A stretch of DNA of 63,557 nucleotides, counting the filler, from Octopus bimaculoides (lineage: Eukaryota), in the NCBI RefSeq assembly GCF_001194135.2. It is 5 parts of 5 records of this genome, joined end to end, with 100 filler letters (N's around TTAATTAATTAA, not from the genome) between each part and the next. Parts side by side here need not be neighbours in the genome. Positions count along the whole stretch, not along the records: positions 1 to 23,707 come from NC_068991.1; 4 more parts are not named here. The stretch is one strand, 5' to 3'. How positions within the stretch are numbered: position 1 is the stretch's first letter; every line of letters begins with the position of its first letter. The notes under the pieces are model-generated. The model was not told where the DNA came from. It saw nothing but the letters and a program-made list of their open reading frames with translations, and made no database searches. The position numbers and the translations under genes are program-made. Below are positions 1 through 12,048 of the stretch, piece by piece.

Positions 1-261
1 GGGGGGGTTGTGTGTGTGTGTGTGGGGGGGGTTGTGTGTGTGTTGTGTTTACTAACACACACACGCACACACACACACACACATGCATGCATAAATATAT
101 GAACTCTCTCTATCTCATACCAATCCTACTAACATTTTGACAGACCCATTTACATAAATGGCACAAGCAAAGAGTTTAGTATTGTCTGACATCAAATACT
201 GGTGAAACTTCAATGCCAGTGTCAAGAAAATTATCTATAAGTTATTATATGTGTGTAAATA

Positions 262-1515
262 CAGTGGTTGGACAAAATAGAATCACTTTGTTAAATGGAA
301 ATTCTTTTTTTTTTTTTAATAAAGAGTTGGCCCAACTTTGGCAACAATCACAGCTTTAATATGTCAAGGAATTGACTCATATAAGTTCTGAATAATTGTT
401 AGTGGAATTTTGAGTCATTCTTCAAGTAGAACCTGCTCTAACTGTTTCAGCAGCAACAGAGAAAAGCAACTTCTCACATGCTGCTCCAAAATGCACCATA
501 AAATGTTTGATTATATTAAGATCCAGTTATTGTGGGAGCCAGTCAAAGCGAATTATTTCACTTTTGTTCATTTTGAATAAGATTGACCAAGTAGATTAGT
601 GCATTATCATCCTAGAAGATTGTATTACTACTGGGGAACAACGTTTATACCATAAGATAGGCATGGTCAGCTAAAATTTTCAGATAATCTTTGGTGTTAA
701 CTCTGCCATGAAAACCAACTAAAGGGCCAAGAGATTCTTTGATACAGCTGCTCAAATCATTACAGAGCCCATCTCCTTGCTTCATAGCAGAGGCTAATCA
801 GTCAGAGTTGAAGGTTTCTTTGGGCTGTCTCCAGACATAAACTCATCTCGAAATGGGAAAAAAGGTGAACAATGATACATTGGCAAAAATTACATTGTTC
901 CATTGAGCCATTGACTGCTTCTTATTGTCTAGACACCATTTTTTCCATTTATCAGTTTTGATGGAGAACAGGAAAGGTTTAGCAACTATAGCCCTCCCAT
1001 GGTATCTAGCTTTATTGAGTTTATAATGAACAGTTTTCATTGACACAGAGTTGGCAATGTGATGGTTTAGCTCTGTTGTTACTTTTGCAGCCAATTCCCA
1101 TGGTTTTTAGACACAATACATTTCACTATTCTGCAGTCCATCTCTTTGAGTTCTGCCTTCCATTCAGAATTATGCTTGCCAGAACTGGTTTCACTCTGGT
1201 TTTGGAATGCCAAAATAATTTTAGTTACTATACCTCTTGAAACATTAAACAATTCAGTAGTTTTAGGGATAGAAGTTCCAGCCACCCATACTCCAACCAG
1301 TTGTACTCTTTGGAAATCAGACAAGTCACACACTTTAACTTATATAAATATATCTGCAAAAAAAGAATAACAGATGGCTGTATCATGAAGCACAAGGTAT
1401 ACACAACGGATATGAATACATATGTACAGGCTAGAACAGTTTGAATTTGTCATATTGCCAATAGAAAAAAGTAGTTGAATAAAAAGTGGTGTTCCCATAA
1501 TTTGTCCAATATTTT
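262..1515 (-). mobile_element. Decayed Tc1 DNA transposon
   Basis: TA|CAGTGGTTGGACAAAATAG..CACTTT at 260-290 and a degenerate inverted copy (AAAAGTGGTGTTCCCATAATTTGTCCAA) at ~1482-1510 flank transposase-like frames on the minus strand. Confidence 0.8.
316..1333 (-). pseudogene. Tc1 transposase pseudogene (frameshifts and stops)
   Basis: MCDLSDFQRVQLVGVWVAGTSIPKTTELFNVSRG (HTH), then AKVTTELN..VSMKTVHYKLNKARYHGRAIVAKP..WNNVIFANVSLFTFFP, ending IPLTIIQNLYESIP*HIKAVIVAKVGPTLY* at 316. This is the Tc1 N- and C-terminal pattern. Confidence 0.85.
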
Positions 1516-2016
1516 TATACATACACGGTGGTTGTCTACTCCTTATGCAGAGTTTGACCACCTTAGAACCATCATGGCATCTGATGTAGCTTTTTAAACC
1601 AGACAATGTTTTGAAAAAGACACCCACATAGATTACATAACCGATTTGGACCACCAAGAGCTGCAGTTAAGTTCTGATCTTTCTAGATCTTAAAATGTCT
1701 TATACATACATACATACATACATACATACATACATGTATATATATATATATAAATATGTGTGTATGTATTTAGTTATAAATATGTGTGAGTGTGTGTGTA
1801 CATATATGTATGCATGTATACATATTTGTTTGTACATATATAGATATATATGTATATATATGTATGTATGTTTATGTATATTTATATATATGTATGCATG
1901 TGTATATATATTTATTCGTTATTTATCTTTATAGTGATTTGTAGTAAAATATCCTGAGGGCAGTATTCTGACTAGTACTAACATAGTATCTATGTCAAAG
2001 TATATACACGCACGTG

Positions 2017-2059
<43 letters not shown>

Positions 2060-2287
2060 ACGTGCGTGTGCGTGCGTGCGTGTGTGTGTGTGTGTGTNNN
2101 NNNNNNNNNNNNNNNNNNNNNNNNNNNNNNNNNNNNNNNNNNNNNNNNNNNNNNNNNNNNNNNNNNNNNNNNNNNNNNNNNNNNNNNNNNNNNNNNNNNN
2201 NNNNNNNNNNNNNNNNNNNNNNNNNNNNNNNNNNNNNNNNNNNNNNNNNNNNNNNNNNNNNNNNNNNNNNNNNNNNNNNNNNNNNNN

Positions 2288-2332
<45 letters not shown>

Positions 2333-3127
2333 GTGCATTTTTATGCTGGCAAGCTGTGTAGCCTGATCCAAGGCATATGTTGCTATCATTATATACATAT
2401 AAGTTTCCTAACCAAAGAAATTAATTGCATTGATTTTTTTTTTTAAGATGTTATTGATTTTTTTTTTTTTAAGATGTTATTGATTTTTATTTTTTGCCTT
2501 ATTTTAAGGGAATAGGTATTGCAAGCAATATTTTGTTTATTTATGTTTGATATTTTGAATAGCATATTTGGCTCTGTAAATGTCTTGCTGTGAGAGATAA
2601 GCAGATAGACACTTATATATTGAAACAAAAGATTATCTCCTAAAGATAGCAAAATATGAATTTCAAATTACTAAAAGCTTTCTATAAGGGAGACCATATT
2701 GTAAAAGTTCTACTTTTTTTATGCAGAGGTGAAGGGAAAATGTTCTGCAGAATGTTTAAGGACTGACTAAATATTGATTTCTTACATTGCTACAGAGAAC
2801 ACAGATGAATGAGTTTGATAAGGTACCCGACAACCAACCAAGAGAGCAGCAGTGTGTATCCTGCTTAGTATGTGTTTCATATGTGCCTATCATCAAGACA
2901 TTTAACCAACAATAATCAGATACATTTGATGCTTTTTGTATTTACACATTGCATGTAGTGTCACTTACCATTATTAGAAGTGACAGAAGCACTGTGGAAC
3001 TGAAGAAATGGTGAATGGTTTATTTACAGCAGTGAATTCAGTTTCTCCTTTGTGTAAAATAAAGCTACTTACAATATATCAACGGGGAGTTTGATATCAA
3101 GAAGAGATTTGTCACTTCTTCATTTAA

Positions 3128-3343
3128 CCCTTTTGTTACGAACCCTGCTGAAACTGGCTCTGGCTCTGAGTACAAATGTTTTGTTTTCATAAGTTTTGAA
3201 GTAAAATCTTCCACCGAACCTTAGTTACAATTTATGTTCCTAACACTAGCTGAATGATAACAAAGTTATTTTACTAAATTCTTATATTTAAAGTAATTGA
3301 AAGAAACACAGAGCATCTCAAAATAAATACAGTAATGAAAGGG
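3128..3343. mobile_element. piggyBac-type MITE (216 bp)
   Basis: TTAA at 3124-3127 and 3344-3347 (TSD). Termini CCCTTTTGTTAC / GTAATGAAAGGG are a 10/12 inverted match. Confidence 0.8.
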
Positions 3344-4260
3344 TTAAGGCTACTGAAACCAAAGATAAGTATCAGGCTTAGTAACATTGGCTTAAAGTCA
3401 TAAATATATAGAAGAGGATTATACTCAATTGAATCAGCCCTAGTAGATGCTAGTAGTTATTTTCTCAACAATGAAGAGATGAATGGCAAAAACTGACCTC
3501 AGTGGAATTTTGGATAGTACTGATGACTCCAGAGTCATAAAATACAAACAAGTTTGGATGCTGCACAATCTAAGTTTCACTCAGCTTTATTCTAATCAAA
3601 GTGAGCAGTTTGAAGGTGCTGAAAGCTTTTTTTCCTCATAAGAAACAGGTTGACAATGATCATAGCATGATCAGAGTTACCTAAAGTTTCTCTGGTAGTG
3701 ACTGTGATAACAGTTTTGCAGGGGCAGGAGTAACTAACAGATCCAAAGTGTTGTTACTTCTTGTGGGTGGAGATGACTATTTATGACCAGACTTGGGACT
3801 ACTTTAGACCACCTGATCATGTGATTTCAACTTTCCTTGATCTTATCAATGATGGACACTCCACCACTAGAGATAGCAGCAACTCAGCCTTATCAAATAA
3901 GGGTGAAATGCTTGAGTCAGGTTCAATACATATCTTTACTATAAAATTTCTTCATCTTCATGGTAATTGTGATTATGAAATGTCAAATTCTATTTGCTGT
4001 ACCATTGTAACCAGGTTTTAATTTTACATGTAACCAGCTTATTTTATTTATGTTACTAATGCTCTTGGGAAGGACATGCACATTAAAACTTGCAACTCAC
4101 TTTTACATTTATACATTTTAGCCTGGATTTTTGTTAAAACCTCTAATATTTTTTTTAGACATTCAGAATCTGAAACAAATAATTTTCATTTTAATAAAAT
4201 TGTTTATTAATCTGAAACTTATTAAGGTTAGGACATTTAGAACTGTAGTGCATATATACA

Positions 4261-4323
<63 letters not shown>

Positions 4324-4548
4324 GTGTGTGTGTGTGTGCACACATGTGTGTATCTGTTTTGTGTTCACTGTCAGGAAAAAAACATACTCAGTACCACAGA
4401 AGAGAGATTAATAGCTTTTATTTCAGTCAAGTTAGTCTCTTGCTACTTTGAGTTATGACTAACTTGCTTGAAGATCATGTGCACTTACAGGTGAAACTCA
4501 GAGTAGCAAGAGACTGACTCAACCAGAAAAATGTTTATTCATATATAC

Positions 4549-6240
4549 ACTTGCAGTTTACCCGGCATTGCCCAGGAATGTCAATTAATGTAAAACAACA
4601 CTGGAGTATTTCAATTTCAAAATAAATGAAAGATAAGTGATCTGATCACAATAACCCATATGTTACCAAAATATTTGGTTAAGGATTAAGCAGGAAAGTT
4701 ATTTAAAATCAGTAACGTAAGCATGAGATTACTGCTTCAATACAATTAGTAGTGTGTTTCGACGTTGCTAAAGTTTATAAATCTAACCTTATATATTATT
4801 TCCTGCTCTGTGGATAACTATAATGAAGTCTTGAATATATTGGAGTCTTGTTGGTGTTATGGCTTTGTGCTCATAAACAATCACTCCTCCTAGATTTGCG
4901 GAATAACTACTTAAAGTCAAGTGGTCAACCCATGAAGCCCTAAGCCTAAGGGTTTTGTTAAAGGAAGGAGAGAAACGAAACGTTTATTTGTTATCCCATT
5001 GAACAATAGTAACTCTCAATCAGTCTTTGATAACCTCAGGAATGCAGGATTCACATTGTGTAACTTTGTTATGATATTAGTGTCATTGCTGTTGTAGATG
5101 TGATGGCAACTGATCGAATGCATCCCTTGCTGCCATAGCTACCTGAAAAGTAATGGTTGTGGATATGAAATGAGAAGACTCTTCAGCAAAAAACTGTAGA
5201 AACATACATTTCTCCACTTTGATTTGGTTGTAGCACCTCCTTGTATATGATATTCCTTAGAAATTTAAACATTTTAACAGTGATACATAATGTTTGGCGC
5301 ACAGTGCGCATATGTGCAAACCTATAAGACAATCAGACAAAGGAGGGAGGCGCTAAAGCATTAACAAATTTTTTCAATCTGCTACACCTTGCAAAGGAAG
5401 CACCCTAAAAGTATGCAAATTTTTATAAACTGTAGGTTAGAGTCTAATGTACATTGAACACAAAGTTCAGCACAATCAGACAAAAGCTTTAGGCGCTATG
5501 TTGAAAAGGGCATTCTTTTAGTTGGTTCTTCTTATCCTGTGCTCAAACAAAATGGAATTTGAAAAAACTAATGATGCTATGAAACTCCTTAGATAAAAAT
5601 GCATAAGTATGTTGATTTTGATCAAAATCAGACAACTTTTGAAAAAAATCGATATTGATTTATCGATTTTTCGGGGAGATCCAATATCAATATGAAAAAA
5701 TCAATAGCGTCACGACCCATCTTGTTCAAAAATGCACCGGTATGTAAAGTTTCAAAAAAAAAAACGTCGGCTACCTTCAGAGAAGAATCCAGGATTGAAC
5801 GCAGCGTCTCCAATTGTAAGTAGTTTTTCGTAACTTCATATTTTCCGACGCTACTCTATCTCTTTCTCTTTCTCTTCCTACTTCATTTTCCCCCCCCTCG
5901 TTCTTCCTCTTTACTACTACGTATCTCACTTTACCCCTCTCGTTCTTCCTCTGTTACTACTACGTGTATCTTTTTTTCCCCCTCGTACTTCCTCTCTTCT
6001 CTTTTCCTTTCATTGCTCACCTATTCTTCTACTTCCTCCCTTTGTTTCTCCCTCTACCACTCTCTCTCTTCCCCTCGTTCTTCCTCTGTTACTACTACGT
6101 ATCTCTTTTTTCCCCCTCGTACTTCCTCGCTTTCTCTTTTCCTCTCGTAGCTCACCTATTCTTCTACTTCCTCTCTTTGTTTCTCCCTCTGCCACTCTCT
6201 CTCTTCCCCTTATACCGGCATGGTCACATGCTTCCGGTCA
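4549..6240 (+). mobile_element. Possible Helitron/HINE-like non-autonomous element or composite; boundaries uncertain
   Basis: Begins after (TA)n with ACTTGCAGTTTACCCGGCATTGCCCAGG, resembling the ACTAGC..CCCGGC.TTGC.CGGG 5' motif of HINE-like elements. It has a CpG-rich body at 5620-5850 and an internal tandem repeat. No 3' end was identified. Confidence 0.3.
5880..6210. repeat. Pyrimidine-rich compound tandem repeat (~130-bp unit x2 plus partial units)
   Basis: CCCCTCGTTCTTCCTCTGTTACTACTACGT recurs at ~5893, 5935 and 6070. GCTCACCTATTCTTCTACTTCCTC recurs at ~6014 and ~6150. Confidence 0.8.
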
Positions 6241-6631
6241 ATAATCCTTTCCTTCCTTAGCTGTCGCCGAGCTAACACGCGAACCACTTTGTCCCTACTT
6301 TCAAGTTGGTGTCTCACAGCGTTCATACACAAACAATTTTTCTCGTCTGGCCGTAAAGCCTTTTCTGTTTGTTTTCCTGTCCTGTTTTTTGTCCGCCACG
6401 ACATTCCTCCATGGCAAGATTTAATTTGTGTATACAAATTTAATTTGCGGTCCATGGGAAGAGCTGTTTTAACGATGCGTCCTGCCTAGCTCTTCGAAAC
6501 GCCGGTGTTAAAACGGAGGTAGCTGATGAAGTAGAATGTTCTCTATGTGGCTTGTGTGTTTTCTCGTCTCTGTTTTGTTTGCAATGTCCTGTACCCAGAT
6601 CTGCACCTATACATACAGGTGNNNNNNNNNN

Positions 6632-6672
<41 letters not shown>

Positions 6673-6688
6673 TATACATATATATATA

Positions 6689-6910
6689 TCTTTTTTACTT
6701 CTTTTTGTCATTTGACTGTGGCCATGCTGGGGCACTGTCTTGAAGGGTTTTAGTCAAACAAATTGACCCCAGGATATATATCTTTTAAACCTAGTACTTA
6801 TTTTATTGGTATCTTCAGCTGAACAGGTAAGTTACAAGGATGTAAACACACCAAAGCCAGTTGTCAAGGAGTGATGAGGGAGAAACACAGGCACAAAGAC
6901 ACACACACAT
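6689..6910 (-). mobile_element. SINE family A, 3' half
   Basis: GTCATTTGACTGTGGCCATGCTGGGGCAC...CCAGTTGTCAAG...ACAAAGACACACAC matches the other family A tails in the window (11615, 14105, 53085, 58140, 61665). Confidence 0.75.
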
Positions 6911-6970
6911 AGACATAAACATATGTATATATATACATATATCTATATATATAATGACAAATAATATATA

Positions 6971-7005
<35 letters not shown>

Positions 7006-7014
7006 TTATATGCA

Positions 7015-7680
7015 TATGTGGGTACAAGACATCACCAACAACATGAAATATGCAAACAACATAAAATATGCAAACAACATGAAATATGCAAACAAACTAG
7101 TTAAATATGTAAACAATAAGAGAAAAAATGGAAAACTGGACAAATAAACACAGAGAAAGGATCCTTCATCAGTTGTCGGCTGTCTATCTACTCCTCATTT
7201 CAAGCATTCAACAACAATATGAGTCTTCAAAGACAGTTGCTCCCATTAATTCTAAAATAAGATTTAGGATTTATGGAGGGTCAAAGTTGGGAACAAAAAC
7301 AGTACAGTGGAGACATACAAGGAAACCGAATGAAAAACATGTAAGGTCGTTAGACCAGAACGAGAGGAAAATAGTGAATGCTGGGAGAAATATTTTCTTT
7401 GCAAAGAGAAAAGATAGAAGAGAGGAGAAAAAACGTCCAGTCTTTTGAATGTCCTTGCAGGAAAAGAAATATGGTCACGTGAGGAAAGAAAAGAAGGATG
7501 AGTGTGAGCAACGAGAGAAAGAAAAAGTGTTAGAGGGGGAGAGAGACAGACAGAAAACAGTGAAAGAGGGAGGGAGAGAAAAAGAGAATTAGAGGAAGAA
7601 TTAGAGAGGAGGAAGTATACAGTATAGAGTAAAGTCACATAAAAAAAGGTGAAAATAAACTTACTTGGAAATGGATGCAT
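7015..7680 (+). repeat. Unclassified interspersed repeat, copy 1 (inverted relative to 7915-8550)
   Basis: The block CTACTCCTCATTTCAAGCATTCAAC..GAGTCTTCAAAGACAGTTGCTCCCATTAATTCTAAAATAAG..GGGTCAAAGTTGGGAACAAAAACAG is the reverse complement of ~8270-8410. Confidence 0.85.
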
Positions 7681-7704
7681 CCCATTCAATTAAATAATAT
7701 TAAT

Positions 7705-7870
7705 AATGCACTTGAAATGAGGAGTAGATAGACATCAACAACTGATGAAAGGTCTTTTCTCTGTGTTTGCTTGTCTTGTTTTGCATTTTTTTCTCTCATT
7801 GTTTATGTATTTAACTCGTTTGTTTATATATTTCATGTTTGCACAGTTGGTGATGCCCTGAACCCATATA
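7705..7870 (-). repeat. Same repeat, short terminal fragment
   Basis: GAAATGAGGAGTAGATAGAC..CTGATGAAAGG..GCACAGTTGGTGATGCCCTGAACCCATATAT is a direct repeat of ~8387-8545. Confidence 0.8.
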
Positions 7871-7914
7871 TGCATATATATATATACATTATTTATTATT
7901 ATTATTTAATTGAA

Positions 7915-8550
7915 CACGACACATCCATTTCCAAGTAATTTTATCATTACCCTTTTGATGTGACTCTACTCTATACTGTTTTCTTCCTCCACTCTTCCCT
8001 AATTTCCTTTTTCTCCCCTCCCTCTTTCACTGTTTTCTATCTGTTTCTCTTTCTCCCCTCTTTCTCTTTTTCTCTCTCTCTCATTACTCACATGTGACCA
8101 TTTCCTCATGGGACCATCTTTCCTTTCCTGCATGGACATTCAAAAGACTGGACTTCTTTCTCTGTCTTCTATTTTTTCTCTTTTCAAAGAAGATATTTCT
8201 CCCAGCATTCACTATTTTCCTCTCGTTCTCGTCTAATGACCCGCCATGTCTTTTTTGTACGGTTTCCTTGTATGTTTCCACTGTCCTGTTTTTGTTCCCA
8301 ACTTTGACCCTCCATAAATCCTAAATTTTATTTTAGAATTAATGGGAGCAACTGTCTTTGAAGACTCATATTACTGTTGAATGCTCGAAATGAGGAGTGG
8401 ATAGACAGCTGACAACTGGTGAAGGGTCCTTTCTCTGTGTTTACTTGTCTTGTTTGCCATTTTTTTCTTTCATTGTTTATTTATTTAACTCATTTGTTTG
8501 CATATTTCATGTTGTTTGCACAGTTGGTGACATCCTGTACCCATATATAC
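7915..8550 (-). repeat. Same repeat, copy 2
   Basis: Reverse complement of 7015-7680 along its whole length, from CATCCATTTCCAAGTAA to GTTGGTGACATCCTGTACCCATAT. Confidence 0.85.
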
Positions 8551-9033
8551 ATATATATAATATATATATATATATATATACACACACGCACACAAATACA
8601 CACATGCACGCACGCACACACACACACACACACACATACAATGGGCTCCCTTCAGTTTCTGTCTACCAAATACTCTCACAAGATTTATATATATATAAAT
8701 AAATAAAAAATGGAACAAGAATGCAACAGATGACAATAAAACATCCAGACAGATGACAATACAAAGACAGACAGGAAAAACAACAAAAAGGCAGACAGGA
8801 CAAAACAAGGACGGGCTATTCATGGCCTTCTCTCCTCAGTCAAGTTTCCAAATTATCCTTACAGTTTCAGCCAATTACACTTGAGACTGTTCAAACCTGG
8901 CTGGCCCCAAAAATCTAAGCTAAGAGCATTAAATATTTTGGGAGAAAGCAAGCGAATGTGTATGACAACCAATACAAAAAAAATAAAAAGACAAAAAATA
9001 TGGAGAATATACGAGTATATATATATATATATA

Positions 9034-10319
9034 TAGGGTGTCCCAAAATTAATGCAACCAAAGTTTCGGGCTTTAATAACTATCAATAAATGTGATAAGA
9101 TATGAAAATTATACATCATTATAAAAGCTTAGCATGTCTTCTTTTGTTTCAGACTAAATAAATTCAGATTTATAAATTAGATAATGGCTATAGACCAAGA
9201 TACAATCATAAGCCTCCAGAAAGAAGGTGAAAATAATACAGCTATAGCAAAAAAGTTTAAAATTAATCAAACAACAGTTAGGAAAATTGTCAAGAAATTT
9301 CAAGAGACTGGTTCCACCACTTACCGACTTGGAAAGGGTTATAAAAGAAGTGTATGGACCCTTCAACTTATCAAAAGTACCAGAGAAAAGATACAGTGAA
9401 ATCCTCATTGTTCCATCAGAAAATTCGTTGCTACAGCAAAAAGGAGCTGAACATCAATGTATTGAGTGCTGAAGGAGGATCTCAGGACCCACTCCTACAA
9501 GATGATCTGTTGTTATGTCATCACACAAGTCTATAAAGCCATAAGACTGGAGAGAAGTCATCTTATCCAGCATCAGATGGTTGAAAGCAGGCAGCCCAAT
9601 CTGGTTTCACCGATGAAAAGAAATTTGACATCAAACAGACAGTAAACCACCAGAATGACCAACTTTGGAGTGTATCTGGCTCTGCCAAGGGTAGACTCGT
9701 AAATCAACGTCAAATTCCACAGTCAGTTATGTTTTGGGCAGCTGTGACAGCTACTGGAAGGTCTCCCTTCGTTTTTATGTCCTTGGGTATTAAAATTGAC
9801 ACCTGGTGATACATTAGTGACATTCTGGAAGCTGAATTGCTTCTATGGGCAAATGATTACTTTCAAGGTGCTCCTTGGAGCCTCCAACAGGACTCAGCAC
9901 CATCTCACAGCTCCAAACAAACACAACACTAGATTCGGAAAAAAACATTCCATCGTTTGTAGGCAAGGGTGTATGGCCCTCAAGAAGCCCTGATCTGAAC
10001 CCACTGAATTTTTCTGCTTGGTCCACTTTGGAGACGAGGGTTTCAAGGACTCCTCATGTTTCACTCGACGCTCTGAAGGCAAATCTGCACCAGGAATGAG
10101 CTTCAATTCCACAAGAACAGCTGCATGCTGTATGTGAAGTATTCACACCTAGACTTAAGGCTGTGATTCAAAACAGAGGTGGTCATATCAGATAAATGTA
10201 GTAGTGTCATAATTGTGTTTCCTTTACCATTGCATTACAATGCTTGAACTTGAAATATAACAATATTTTGCTCTGGCAAAATTGAAAAATGTTGATTGCC
10301 TTAATTTTGGGACATCCTG
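9034..10319 (+). mobile_element. Full-length decayed mariner-like transposon, DD37D/maT type (~1286 bp)
   Basis: TIRs (T)AGGGTGTCCCAAAATTAATGCAA at 9034 and TTGCCTTAATTTTGGGACATCCTG ending 10319, embedded in TA-rich flanks. Confidence 0.9.
9184..10195 (+). pseudogene. DD37D-type transposase pseudogene
   Basis: HTH (AIAKKFKINQTTVRKIVKKFQETGS), FTDEKKF, SVMFWAAVTATGRSPFVF, QQDSAPSH and WPSRSPDLNPLNFSAW. The third D appears as N, with ~37 aa spacing across a frameshift. Ends RLKAVIQNRGGHIR*. Confidence 0.88.
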
Positions 10320-10404
10320 CATATATGTGTGTGTGTGTGTGTGTGTGTGTATCATCAGCGGATCATATATCGAAAAAAAAAGTATGCCCTAAAGAATAGA
10401 GCAA

Positions 10405-10555
10405 TTAAATATATGTCCGGTCATAGAGTGACCAATAGTTTCACATCCATAAAACGCTAGACCTTATAGACAGCTCATCACTCATAAACGATCCATAAGG
10501 CCTAGCACTTTATGGATGTAAACCTATTGGTCACTCTATGACCAGACATATTTAA
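10405..10555. mobile_element. Short fold-back element or MITE (~60-bp arms)
   Basis: TTAAATATATGTCCGGTCATAGAGTGACCAATAGTTTCACATCCATAAAACGCTAGACCTTAT is inverted to ATAAGGCCTAGCACTTTATGGATGTAAACCTATTGGTCACTCTATGACCAGACATATTTAA. Confidence 0.75.
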
Positions 10556-10618
10556 CTGCTTGTAAACATATACACACACGCGCGAGCATGCACACACACA
10601 CACACACACATATGCACG

Positions 10619-10684
<66 letters not shown>

Positions 10685-10688
10685 CACA

Positions 10689-11337
10689 CAGGCATACCTC
10701 AGCTTAAGTCATTTCGATTTAAGTCGTTCTCAATTATATGTCGGTTTTCAAAAATAATATATGGAAAAATAAAAATCAAGTCAAGTCATTTTACTCAACT
10801 TTACATCTGTCCACCACAAATAGTGGAATCGTAAAATCACTAGAAAACCGTCAAAACACATAAAACCATGTTACTGTACAATAAATAAGAATAAAATCAT
10901 ATAAAATCATATTAAAATACATACAGTAAATGTTAAGACACACACCATAAAATAATGTAGCTTAGTGAATGAAATCGGGAAATCAGCTGTGTTGTCTTAT
11001 TTATCAGTCTTTCAGAACCCATATTATTACACTGTAGTTCCAATATCTACCATTAGGTGCCGTTCTCACTCGTGATCCCCATGATTATTTTGAATTCAGA
11101 TTTGCTTACATCTGTTTATTGGCTACTTTCTCGTTCTCATTCATTTGTGACTTTATTTTTTGCCCCCATGGCTCCTAAGAAAATTCATAGTGAAAGTGCT
11201 AAGCGTCATGCTATAATACTGGAAGTACTGAACTGGGATTGGTTATTATCAGTTTAGCCTAGATACAAGTAAATTCGGCCTAGCCTAGCCTAGAGACAAG
11301 TTAATTCAACTTAAGTCGTTTTTCGACTTAAGTCATG
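10689..11337 (+). mobile_element. Tigger/pogo-derived non-autonomous element
   Basis: Starts CAGGCATACCTC (Tigger-type TIR). Subterminal CTTAAGTC motifs occur at both ends. The residual start MAPKKIHSESAKRHAIILEV at ~11168 resembles the pogo/Tigger N-terminus. The right TIR is truncated. Confidence 0.7.
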
Positions 11338-11507
11338 TATATATACAAAACTGCATCTCTCCCCCTCTTTCTCTCTCTCTTTCTCTCTGCAGAAAGTATC
11401 ATTGTGTAAAGAAAGAACTGACATTGCTAAAATATTAAATTTCGTAAATGTTTTATTTTCTTATCAATTTTTTGTATTGTGAACAAGCTATGGTAAGTCT
11501 GAAGCAT

Positions 11508-11547
11508 TTCCACTGATGAGACACAAAAAACTGAAACTCGTCTGAAG
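11508..11547 (+). ncRNA. Decayed minimal type I hammerhead ribozyme motif
   Basis: TTCCA-CTGATGA-GACACAAAAAACT-GAAAC-TC-GTC-TGAAG. The core and GUC triplet are intact, stem II is broken, and stem I has a mismatch. Confidence 0.45.
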
Positions 11548-11614
11548 TTGTCTCCCATTGTCACCAACAAGAATATAAAAAGTAGTACTGATTTTGATTA
11601 AACATAATTTTTCT

Positions 11615-12048
11615 TTTTATCTTTCATCTTTTAGTTGTTTCAGTCATTATACTGTGGCCATGCTAGGGCACCATCTTGAAGAATTTTTAGTCAAGTGAAT
11701 CATCTCCAGTGCTCTTTTTTTTTAAAGTCTATTCTGCTGCTTTCTTTTACTGAACTGCTAAGTTACTGGGATGTAAACATGGGTTGTCAAGCAGTGGTGG
11801 GGGACAAACACAGACACAAAGACACATACAGACACATGCATGCTCACACATACACACGTGCGTACACACACACACATATACATGACAGGATTCTTTCAGT
11901 TTCTGTCAACCAAATCCACTCAATAAGCTTTGGTTGGCCCAAGGCTATAGTAGAAGACACTTGCTCAAGATGCCATACAGTGGGACTGAACCCAGAACTA
12001 AGTGGTTGGGAAGCAAACTTCTTACCACACAGCCATGCCTGCACCTAT
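11615..12048 (-). mobile_element. SINE family A, full length (tRNA-like head, CORE-like domain, internal CA/TG microsatellite, tail)
   Basis: Read on the minus strand: GGCTGTGTGGTAAGAAG..GGGTTCAGTCCC (A/B-box-like), GCATCTTGAGCAAGTGTCTTCTACTATAGCC, a (TG)n-like tract, CTTGACAACC..CCTAGCATGGCCACAG and a TAAAAGA tail. Confidence 0.85.

Noticed and set aside
2429-2490. ~25-bp tandem duplication TTGATTTTTTTTTTTTAAGATGTTA
   Set aside because: It is a trivial slippage duplication in poly-T sequence.
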